Made by a program: the position numbers and the translations under genes. Shown piece by piece: positions 12,917-24,000 of a stretch of DNA of 64,000 bases. The first letter of the stretch is position 1. Each line of letters opens with the position of its first letter. The stretch spans positions 10,962,275-11,026,274 of the forward strand of contig NC_134032.1 of the NCBI RefSeq assembly GCF_964204645.1. The letters are read 5' to 3'. The stretch is from Tubulanus polymorphus. Taxonomy: Eukaryota; Animalia; Nemertea. The notes under the pieces are model-generated. The model searched no databases. It was not told the DNA's origin and saw nothing but the letters and a program-made list of their open reading frames with translations.

Positions 12917-14486
12917 TCCGCGTCTGACTTGATGTCAATAGTTAATGAGATAATCGCTGAATGGTTGCACAAACCTACTCTCTAGAAAAATAACGCTTTC
13001 GGAAGAAGGTTAATCGTCTCCAATTTGCATCGCTTCCTCAGCACAAAAGCAACTTGTTCATTCATATTAGACCATGGACTCTTAGCGTCCGACGTAAATC
13101 ATAATCCGTTTATTATTTTGTTGATGCGCGTCTGATTCGTATCAAATATATACATATTTATAATCTAACATAAACCGCAGTCAGAACCTTTCTATTTATC
13201 AACGTACAACGTTGTGATATCGATGAAAACATCCAATATTCCCTTCAGCCAGTCCCGAGCTGAAAGTTGCGCTCCGTATACTGCTCGTAGGCCTACTGAG
13301 AGCTCGCGCCAAACAGGGGTCGCGATATAGCACGCTGACATTAAGGTTTTCAGTGAAGCATTTCTCAGAACTACTCAGAATCGTTGACATTCAAAAGTGA
13401 CAACACGGGTATCGTCCATCCAATACTTGATGGCAGGCACCAGTGACTTCAACGACCTCATCAGTTTACAATAAAGAATGCAACATTTTCCTTTCAAATT
13501 TCACATGCCCCATAATATACTAACAGTATATACAGTATACTTAAAATACATGTCATACTAACAGTTGAAAACAATTTTGTTTTATAAACAAATTATTCTG
13601 TCATGCAATAGCAGTGGAAATTTAGCATGGGTTCTATCTTAATGGAAAAACATATCCTAAATTTGTTCAGAAAAAATATTCATTACATTCAAAGAAAATG
13701 AACTCACACGGCCAAGTGCTGCTTTAGAAAATGACAGGTTGCCTGTCGAATTCTGTGCCACGTATTGCAGTCAGAATACTGATAGACCCCGGCGACCAGT
13801 CTATATCTAAATCGCAAATTCTACTGTGGTAAACGAGTTGTGAGTTAGTTCCCATGTTGACCGCCAATAGTTACGAGCAGCACGTGAAATTCAAACGAGG
13901 GTTTTGTAAACTGTCCGACTTGGTCGCGGATTTTTTGACACCATGAAAACCGTTAAAATAATGTCTATCTCTTTTCGTACACTGGGAAAATATATTATCG
14001 ATGCTTAGTATGCGTTATAAAGGGGTTCTGTGTGAGCCGGTGTTCACTACGTCATAGATATTGGCCTTTCAAAATAACAAATACAGTTGTGAATTTTTAC
14101 ATTTATTTTGTAATTGAATATATTGATTATAACTCTTATTCTATTGCTGATAATTTGAGAGGATGTGCACTACGTCATCAATAAATCGGGCTAGACTGGT
14201 TGTCAGACGCAGAACATATGATGTAATCAAACCATCTCAAGAGATCGTCGTTTCATTGATCAACTCTCCACAGACAGTCCAAAACGTCGAGTCTCTGAGT
14301 TTTTTTATTTGATGGATATCGTCTTAGATCATTTCAATTTGTATTGTTTTTTTTTTTAATATGAACAGTTGAAAAAAAATTGTCTATTTTCATCGCATGC
14401 ATTCTCGATGGAGATGATTGGCCTTGCAAATCGTTCATATCAATCTTTTCTATATATCAGCACGCAATTTTGATACCGGCGTCTGC

Positions 14487-15503
14487 TCATTTCCGCCGCG
14501 GGAAACCTCTGAATGCAAGTGACCGGAATTGTTTACTAGACAAACAGTAAACAACGAAATTGACTGAGGAATCAAGCTGAACAAACAGAGACGCCACAAA
14601 GTAGAAATTAAGATTTGGGATAAAACCTCTAAAATTAAAAAATCTTATGAGTGACTTGTGCAAGGCCATTGGCATTTCGAGTAAAGCAAAAGTGGTTACA
14701 ACTGCTATCGCTAGTAAAACAGCTTGATTATCATTGGTCTTTTGAGTGCTCATTTCGGAACGTCTTTTAGACGCTATATACAGAGAAAATATTAGAATTG
14801 TATTTGCAACAGCTATTCCAAAAAATGTTACAAATACGCCGAATAAGTGCGTTAGGGTAATTATCTTCTTAATTCGGAGAGAGCGACTCGCCGCAGCCCA
14901 AAGATCTCCTCTAAATGGGCAAAGAACACTAACCTTTTCAACATCTCTAGTAAAATACTGCCAGCCTTGAGAAGCGACACTCAAAATAACTATCAATAAT
15001 AAACAAATGTTACACGTCGATTTAGTGCAGATAATCCTAGATTTTAATGGAAAGAACACGACAATTAATCGTTCTAAACTGATTAACATTGTAAGAAGAT
15101 TCCTAATCATTTTGAAAATTTCTTGCACCAGGTTTGTGTGGCGGAGGAGAAATGGACCGACGAAATCGGGGTTGTCTAGATAATAGATGTTCTGACCGTA
15201 CGTAAGCAGGCTGTCGAAATATCTTCCGGACTTTGCAATAGCCGTACCCAATAGAAACATATTATCCGCTATCGTTAGCAGCCGTAAAATGTAATACGTG
15301 GTTATTACACTTTTGAAACGAAAGAGAACGAAATACGTGTAAACATTAAGGAAGAATCCCGTAGTCCACACTACAGGTGAACAGTAAACAAACACAATTA
15401 CTACGTTGGCGATTTGCTTATTAAACGGACAATCTTTTTCAACTGTAGCGTTTAGAGATGATGCATTCCTGCCGTCACTAATCGTTGGTGTTTTCAGCAA
15501 CAT
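14487..15503 (-). CDS. Intronless rhodopsin-class GPCR (paralogue 3, 338 aa)
   Basis: Same motifs; intact ORF. Confidence 0.93.
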   Translation of the reverse strand: MLLKTPTISDGRNASSLNATVEKDCPFNKQIANVVIVFVYCSPVVWTTGFFLNVYTYFVLFRFKSVITTYYILRLLTIADNMFLLGTAIAKSGRYFDSLLTYGQNIYYLDNPDFVGPFLLRHTNLVQEIFKMIRNLLTMLISLERLIVVFFPLKSRIICTKSTCNICLLLIVILSVASQGWQYFTRDVEKVSVLCPFRGDLWAAASRSLRIKKIITLTHLFGVFVTFFGIAVANTILIFSLYIASKRRSEMSTQKTNDNQAVLLAIAVVTTFALLEMPMALHKSLIRFFNFRGFIPNLNFYFVASLFVQLDSSVNFVVYCLSSKQFRSLAFRGFPRRK

Positions 15504-15929
15504 ACCGAGCTATGTACCAACATACTCGTAACGTTACGAATCTACGTCCTGATTTACTTATGAATTAATCAGTGAATGGTTGCACACCCGTTCTCACTAG
15601 TAGAATAACACTTTCGGGAAAATGTTAATCTTCATCCAATTTTCATCGCACCCTCGACACAGCGCATTCATTTGAAGCAAAATATTCATTCATCTATTTA
15701 GACGTTATCATATTCTGTTCAGCACGTAATTTATAATTCAAATATATACATATTCATATTCTGACTAGAAAGCAGTCAGAATGTTTCTATCTATCAACGT
15801 ACGACGTTTGGATTAATATCGATATTGTAACTTTCAAATATTAGCAGACTTCATATTCCCTTTACCCAGTCCTGAGCTGAGAGCTGGTTCGCGGCGCTTC
15901 GTATATACTGCGTGCCAATGGCAGAATCG

Positions 15930-16050
15930 TTGAGAAATCCCACAATAATCCAGCCAAAGATGTAAAAGATGTAAAGATAAAGTATAATATCTTAGATCTA
16001 CGTTTCGGCTAAAGACTTGTAGCCATCATCAGGCGTAATACTGATACAGA
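15930..16050 (-). mobile_element. Penelope-like/retrozyme-type repeat fragment with a degenerate minimal hammerhead core
   Basis: Minus strand reads ACGC-CTGATGA-TGGCTA-loop-TAGCC-GAAACGTA; same family as 32698-32950. Confidence 0.55.
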
Positions 16051-17330
16051 ATAAATTTACAAGAATAAAATACAGGATCAGCTTTATTAGATTAGCACTT
16101 TCTATTCAAGCTTATGGTTGACGACACTTCGGCCACATCATCCATTTCGTGTTGCATTATATTTCCAGATGTTACATAGAGGATGACTCTCCATGGATAT
16201 CGGTTTTCATTTGTGACGCGGATTCTGAGTGGGCCTGGTGCTATATTCGTCTTAACGTTATACGCCTTGTAACGATAGGTGCGCCATCTATTAGAATTTC
16301 GCTGAATTATCATATTTTTCGAGCTTTTCGAGCGAAGCATTTAACCCATTTTCACAAGCGCCATCTATCCGAAAAGTAGTTAGAAAAAACAGTTATGTCC
16401 CAGGTTCGAACCGGGATGCCAGGTTCGAACCCAGTGGATGCTGATGCTGAGGATGTGCTATCAACCAGCAGCTGTAAGGAACAGAGAAGGAACTCTCCTC
16501 CCAAAATTTATGTAGTTTGCCTACCTAGAGCAAGGTGATAGCGATGCACGAGTTTTCGCAAAATTCCATAGAAGTATCACCGATTTGCAACGAACGTTTA
16601 CCAAACCACAGTTACATATACTTTGTCGAGGTATATACATGAATATATCTTTTAGACGAAAATTTGATAATTTCTTTTGGTAAAATCCTTTCAGTTCGAA
16701 GCGACAACCGACGTGAACATGTTTGGCAAAACATCCACCGCTCATTCGCATCGTCTGTATGGAATCTGAGACTGTACTTTGGGAATCTGAAATATCGCAA
16801 CGGATTGAATCAAATCCAGAAAATTGTTTTGCCAACCATCTGTTACAGTTGGTTGTCAAAACAATTCTCGCAGAAAAAAAATGTCTCTAGTTTCTCAAGT
16901 CAACTAGGTACACGGGGTCGCTTTTCAACAGTATCGAGTCAACGACTACGAACTAACTTAACCTCTTCATCGGCATTCGTCTGTCGATAGACCTCAACGT
17001 GTTCAAGTTTAGAGTCTTAAGAGTCTATAAAGTTCATCGTTTAACCTAATATATTTTCTAATACGAATTCAGAAAGGTCGTCGAAACCAACTTCAGTCGG
17101 TATCTGTCAGCTCTACCACATCCATACTCAAGAGACAACGCTTTTGTGCTTTGTAATGCTATCAACGTTACTCTTTAACTCGTGGACTCTTTGAGTTCGT
17201 ACTTTAACTGAAAAAAATATATTAAAAAATAATAACGTGCGTTCAGAAATCGAGCCCAACTGGAGAAACACAAAACCCGGTTTCACGTCCTCTCAGAAAC
17301 CTCGAAAACACCTGGCTGCAGTTCGTACAG

Positions 17331-17336
17331 TATAAA
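17331..17336 (+). promoter_or_regulatory. TATA box of the VWA gene; a non-coding exon 1 ends at 17410 (AAG|GTAAGA)
   Basis: TATAAA at 17331, strong donor at 17411, acceptor CACAG at 17740. Confidence 0.5.
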
Positions 17337-17745
17337 TCACACCAATCTCTGCCAGACGAACATCAACTCCTGTTGACTTCCGAACGCAATACGTGCCGTG
17401 TACTTTTAAGGTAAGATTGCGTCATAAATGTCTTCACGATTTACTGGCCGCATCCTGTAATTCACCTATAAAAATTATAGAATTGTCTGCATGTGACCGT
17501 ATTAAAAAAAAGAATGATGTCACCGCACAGGAGCCAGAAAAAAAATCTTTTGACCCCAATATTCTAGGTAAGGATACTGGGGTCAAAAACTATTTGTATC
17601 AGGTCCCTGTGTGTCACCGCTGTAAAGGGATGAAGCCATAGAATATCAAGGCGATCGCCATTTACTTCTGAAAAGAATTTCAGATAATATCTCCTTTTTT
17701 CTAATTACTATCTCCTTCTTGTTTTTAATTTCGCTCACAGCAAAG

Positions 17746-19278
17746 ATGGCCGTAAAATTCTATGGAATATTGTTAGAAATTATGCTCCTGTTGGCGCCGA
17801 TGGTGAGGGCGGCATCGGAAGAGGCTCCCGTTTTATCCGCTACGGAACAAGGTAAGAAGTAGATTCGCATGTATATGGATGCGTTTTTTTCACGCGCCTA
17901 TTGTAACATCACTCGTTTCGATGTACTTTCCGAATCAGAACTAACTAGAAGAATCCGCACCGTCACACCTATCGTCGCATTTTAGCTAGAATTTACAAAT
18001 ACATGTACAATTAACGTCATTAATTGCTATCTAGTTAGTTAGTTTGTTTTCGCGATAATTTTTAGTATGTTTGAAGGCGACTGATGTTGTCCTTATGCTG
18101 GACCAGAGCGGGAGTTTGAGAAACGGAGAAAACGGCAAAGGACCAAACCGAATACCGGCTGTAAGGAAAGCAGCGGAAGACATCGTCAAAGGTCTGGCGC
18201 TTCCTGTTGGCAAAAATTCAGCAATTTACAGGGTAGGTAATGTGGTTCCATTGCATCTACATTGCTTTGAAAATTCGTTCAGAAATGTGAAAGTGGTTTT
18301 TTTCTTTATGAATATTTGTATTTCTAGATTGTTTTTTTTAGGTCGGGGTGTACATGTTTTCGGGAGCTGCTGAACAGCTCATAGTTCAACAAATGACCGA
18401 TTTGAAAACTTTGCAAGACGTCGAAAATATCGTGACTAAAATCGAAACCGCAAACATTCACCACGGCCAGACACATATTGATACAGCGCTGAAGAATGTC
18501 CGCGAAAAGGTGAATATAGGGGCCGGATTTATAGACTGGTAACATCTCCACCCAAGGGCCCAGATTAAAGATAATACCAGTCCATAAAACCAAGCCCAGA
18601 GTCCGAGCCCCACAACAAAACGGAGATATTCAACTCCTCAATTACCAGTAATGACTCTGAATTGGACTCAAGTGCTGAATAAGGACCCAGTACAGCAGTC
18701 ATGATTTGGCGTTATTTCTCAGCTTAAATCTGAGAAAATCTACATTTCATCTTTTTAATCTTCTTTAGGAATTGCTTCTCTAGGAATGGCCTAAAACCAT
18801 CCGTGCATCCGTATTTATTTGACCAAAAAACCATCGCATAATATTGTTCTTCGTTTTTCAGATGTTGCCGAATGGTCGCCCAGATGTAAACAATGCAGTC
18901 GTATTGATCGCAGACGGTGAAATTTTTAAAGGGGACGATAAATTCGGCGTCGTAGAAGGCTTGTTGATCGAGCAGGCGGAAAAACTGCGCGACGACAAAA
19001 CCCGCCTCATCGGGGTCGGGGTCGGAGCAAAACTGCCGAAATTCAGGGAGCAGTTGATGAAAGTGGTCAGTCGTCCGCTGAACGAAAACTACTTCGAAAT
19101 AAAGGATTGGGTCAACGTCGAGAATTTTCTGGCGAAAATGATCGCGGCCACGTTGACATGTCCTCCGCCCGTGAATACCCCGGGTTGCAAGACCGACACT
19201 AGCACCACAACTGCCATACCCGCGACAACTGCAACTTCCTCTACAAATGAAAGAACGACAAGACGACCTTCGCTGTAA
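17746..19278 (+). CDS. Secreted single von Willebrand factor A domain protein with Thr-rich tail (~285 aa); coding exons 17746-17851, 18066-18232, 18342-18509, 18862-19278
   Basis: Signal peptide MAVKFYGILLEIMLLLAPMVRA; MIDAS residues DQSGS...T(HIDTAL)...LIADG; flanking Cys pair; GT-AG introns with compatible phases. Confidence 0.88.
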
Positions 19279-20754
19279 TGATCTACATTATGATATGATA
19301 TTCGCGAAATAAGCACATGCTTCTGAAATGTGTATGCGTTCAAATATAGAATAGATTTAAACTGGTGAGTGTGGTTAACAAAACTATCCGTTAATGAGGT
19401 ATTAAACATTAGTAGTCATTTACGTAAAAACGTTGACAGTTTTTTATTAGTTCACATTTTCACCGTCAATGGTGTATTTAGAGGCAGCACGAGACGGTCC
19501 GGGTTTACCTTCCATCTAAACTTTACTGTGGCAAGCGAGCAATAAGTTAGTTCACGCTTTCGTCGCTAATGGTTTATCGTGAGGCAGCACGTGACTGTCG
19601 AAATCTGAGACGGATTGATATTCCTGCTGTGGCACGCGAGCGATAAAGAATACGCACGACGAATTTTTAAATCCAACAATCTTATATCTATATTAGAAAT
19701 AACTGACCAGTCACAAAAAACAAAGAAAAAGCCAAATAAACGAGAAAAAAAAAATTGCTAATTGCAATTCTACAAAATTTTATTTAAATCTGAACATAAT
19801 GTATATTTGCACCCATGATAATTTATTCAATCCCCTTCAAAAACATAACCGTTGAATCCCAAACAGTTTTAACATTATAAACAGATGGGACGGAAGGAAT
19901 TAATTAATTAAATACAAATAGGAAGAAAAATCTCCATCTTTACCCCGCAATCATTTTTAAACATTAAACATTCCCCCCCCCCGACATTCCTTCGATACAA
20001 ATGATAATTTTTTTCCACTTTTCTAATACTCCTCATATTATGATCTTAGTTAAATTTTCGATCATAATTTTTACCAAAAAAAATCATATTACAAAGCCTT
20101 TTTATAAAACTATCACAGATAAAAATGAAAACAATTATTTTCGAATTCTTGGACGGATTTATAGATCATCAACCCCAAGAAATTAACCCCCTCAATGCAA
20201 TTCGCTACTTTTTTTTCCACTAATCTACATTATGATTTAAAGTTCAATCTATTCAGTCGTAATTTGTAAGAAGAAAAATCATGTTATTTTAATTATCACA
20301 GATAAAATTGAAAATGCCCATTTTTGGACGGATTTCTTGACTATGAAAATTGAAGTCAACTCTTAAGTATTCGTGGAGGGGTCTCCATAGGTTAAATGAT
20401 AGGAAACTTAGGTACAATACACTCCGCCTTAATCGATATCTGTCAACTCCTGTAAGCTCAAGTTAGTGAATTTAATTCGGATTAAACGTTTGGTCCATTT
20501 AACCTGGAACCACATGAACTATTATTCGTAATTAGGATTTATTTAATTCGAAGAATCTGGGCAGTCAAATCCGAATTAATGAGTTTTACTGTAGTTCATT
20601 TCAAATCATTCAACGCATTTCGCCCAAAAATGAAACTCATCTATCCCTCTGATTCACAATTTCCAGTTTTCGATGTCCAGTGAAATATATGAACAATAAC
20701 TGAATAAGGCAGAGTTTACTGTCAATATAAAGATCCATTGTTTTCACAGCTTAA

Positions 20755-21035
20755 CCCTTTCAGTGCGTCTACACCGCAGTGCGGTGTATAAATCGGTGGT
20801 GGATTTTGCTAGTACACTGCACTGCGGTGTATTGATGTAATTAGTAATTATCTCTCTTGAAAAATGGCAGCACCAGTCAAACATAGTGAACTATAAGTAA
20901 CTAACGATACACCGCACCACGGTGTAGACGCACTATAGTGGTATTCCGATTATTCAACACACTAAGGATGAATCTTCAAAATTTTTTAGATTATCTCCAG
21001 CACTATAGGGTATTGATTAGTCAGCACTGAATGGG
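20755..21035. mobile_element. piggyBac-type MITE in the presumed 3' UTR of the giant gene
   Basis: TTAA|CCCTTTCAGTGC ... GCACTGAATGGG|TTAA; a second copy lies inverted at 48662-48937. Confidence 0.85.
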
Positions 21036-21079
21036 TTAAATCAATCGTCTCATTTTTTGGCTTCGCTCGTCACTTCATT

Positions 21080-24000
21080 TCATTCCTGCTTCGCGTTCAG
21101 TTTGTCGCGTTTACTTTCGTACTCGGCTCCTGTGTCTTCTAACTTCTGCAGCGTTCGCGATTTCTGCAGTTCGCTACTGGTCAGTTTTTCTCGCGCCGCG
21201 GTCAGTCTCTCTTTCGTCTGTTGAAGCTGGTTGCTTAGCGATCGCCGAGCAGCGGCGGAAGGCGCTTTCGTGAGCAGCTCCGTCCCCGACGCGACTTCCT
21301 GTTCGAGATCAGAGATCTCTTCTTTTATGGCAAGTACCGACCGCGATTGTCGCGCAAAGTCGCTGTTCAATTTATCCAGGTTATTTTCCAGTTCCACAAT
21401 TTCATCCTAAGTAAAATAAAGGAAATTCAGTCAACATAATTAAAATACAGTTGAACCCCTTACGATTCCGTTTAAGATGAAACCCATTTATTACATTGAT
21501 TTCCAGCAAGTCCCAGTTAAGATATCTATAGCAATCCAGATTTGATAATCTTGACAATCCAATTCAGATAATTAAACATTTAACCCAACAATTTCACTTT
21601 TGCCCACAAATTTCGTATTAGCTATAGATTCCACTTAACGCAAAGTTTCACTGTGAAGTTGAAGAAATTTCACGTTTCAAAAAGATCCAATTTGAGCGGA
21701 GTCTGTACTGTACCATCCAACAAGCTTAACCCAGACAAAATTTGTCTTAGTCCAAAAAACCAGGATGGAGTGATTAATCGGACAAACGTTCGCAATCGAA
21801 AAGCTCCGAGTTGAGGCGATTCTACTCAGTATCCAACTCAGATATCACACGCTCAATATGGTTCATCGCCCTCAGAATGGTCCAAAACGGTTTTATCAGT
21901 TCAAATACATTCCATTTAATTACCTTCAAGAAATCTCCTGAATGTTTCTTTCGATCGGCGGTTTTCACTTGTTTTGGATTCTGTTCGGACTCGACGAATT
22001 TATGCCACAAAGCCGTACCACTCATATTGACCGCATCAACCGAGGTCAATTTCGGAGTTTTTGACTTTTCCCCCATTCCTAAAATACGAACAAACATTTT
22101 ATCGATTACTTTTCAATGAATCATCGGAAAAAAGAAACCTGCACTTGAAACTGGATTCATTCAGGAAGATCCTGATAAAAATCTTGCTTATCTAAATTAA
22201 GCCACAGCATCACATTTGATAGTGAATGGATAAATCCAGTATCAATCACCAAACTTAGTATCCCAGTATAATATCACTAGTCCCTCTGGATTAAGCAGAT
22301 TCTATTATTCAAAATGTAACTATTCCTTCAAAATATGAATCGTCTTCCCCCATTTTCCTAACGTTCGTTACCTTTCATATTCAGCAGTCGGTGCTCGACG
22401 GAACGAGAAGAACCGTGCGACCGCGCGCTGTTGATTTTATCTTCAACTCGTCCGAGGTGTTCGCCTAGTTTACTGGTCGAACTGTATCGAGAATACTTCG
22501 CTAACCTGAAGGAAGTTGAAAATGGTGAAAAACGTCGCCAATGATATTGAGCGTGTCGCTTGTAGTGGTCATTCATAGAAAACAGGACCCAGTTCTACTA
22601 GTTGTGGGTTAAGATTAAACTAAAATCTTAACTCAGAGAACTCAAACTCGCAACAGTTGGATGCCAGTAACAAAGTAAAATGTTTCAATGAAACACGAAA
22701 TGCAAATGAATCAGCAATCCTTGGGGCAAGACCTTCAGTAACTTTTCAGTGCACATCAAACAAGTCAAATCAGTAAAAGTTGACGGAAAATGCTATGGCA
22801 GTAGATATTGTATGAATTATAAAATAACAAGATATCATTTCTATAATTACATGCATTACGTTTTTACGAAAATCCCCAGTGAAAAACAAATATTGACTAG
22901 TCCCAAGATAAAATGAGGATGGTTTGTCCTTGGAAAATACCGGGAAATAGGTCAGGGTGGCGGATGGGTTGACTCTATTATTCTTATTCAAGGAGTGCTA
23001 CATCGTAGGGTACAGCACTTTGAGAATCACACATTCATTCTTACCTTTCTTGTATTCTTTGTTTGTTAAATTCGATTCCATCGACGTCTGTCGCCGGTAG
23101 CAGACGCACGTCGAGCAATTCATCGACGACATTCTGTTTATCGGCCTCGTTGTGACAATCGCCGAACAGCGATTCAAGCACCGCGTTCGTCGCCTTACCG
23201 GCGTCCATCTGTAAAATAATAATTGATACCTCAAAATTTTTATCTGAAACATCCCGAAAAAAGTAAGTTTTCTTTTGTTTGCCCCATCATTTGAACTCAA
23301 ATCGATATACAATTTTCACTCATTCTTATTTCTTTCCATCCCTCTAAGATCTTATGAGAAAAATTGAGGAAATTATTGCCATTTTTCTCTATTGTCCCTA
23401 GTGGTAAAATAATGATAATTATAATTATAAATAATAAATAATGATAAGTAATAATAATCATAATAATAATAAAATAAAATATGAATATGAATGAAATATC
23501 TTCTCTCGCTCCCTTCAACCTTCCACTTTTTCCTGAAAAAATCCTAGCTTCAATTACTAGGAAATGGCATCAGCAAATCTTTGTTTCACGATTACATGTA
23601 CTTCCAACTTGTCTAAAGTCTTGAACAGCTTCAATGAATCTACGCAGACCTGATCTTCTTCTTACCTGTTTGTCCGCAGTTGTCAGAGGCGATGCCGACC
23701 TTCGATAACGAGCGAAGAACAGATCGTCGCAGACGACGGTCAACGCTCGATAGAATTCCTTCACGAATTCAGGATTAGTGTCATCGCGTAAATCACCTAC
23801 GGACCGAGAATACATCGAACGATTATTTATAACCCAAGACATGTATTAATACTGTAACCATAAACGCGGTTTTTGCAGCGGTAAGGCCAGGATAAAAAGG
23901 AGTACTGAGAAGGAATTTTTCCGCAATTTTAGACCCAAAAGGAGGGACTTTTTGACCGAGAAAGAAATACTTTCCTCTAAAGTGAGGACCCAAGAGGAAG

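Noticed and set aside
14250-14300. Further hammerhead-like remnant (also ~11700-11740)
   Set aside because: The CTGATGA core is not intact; too degenerate to call.
16092-16990. Short ORFs between the GPCR cluster and the VWA gene
   Set aside because: No recognisable domains or consistent splice structure.
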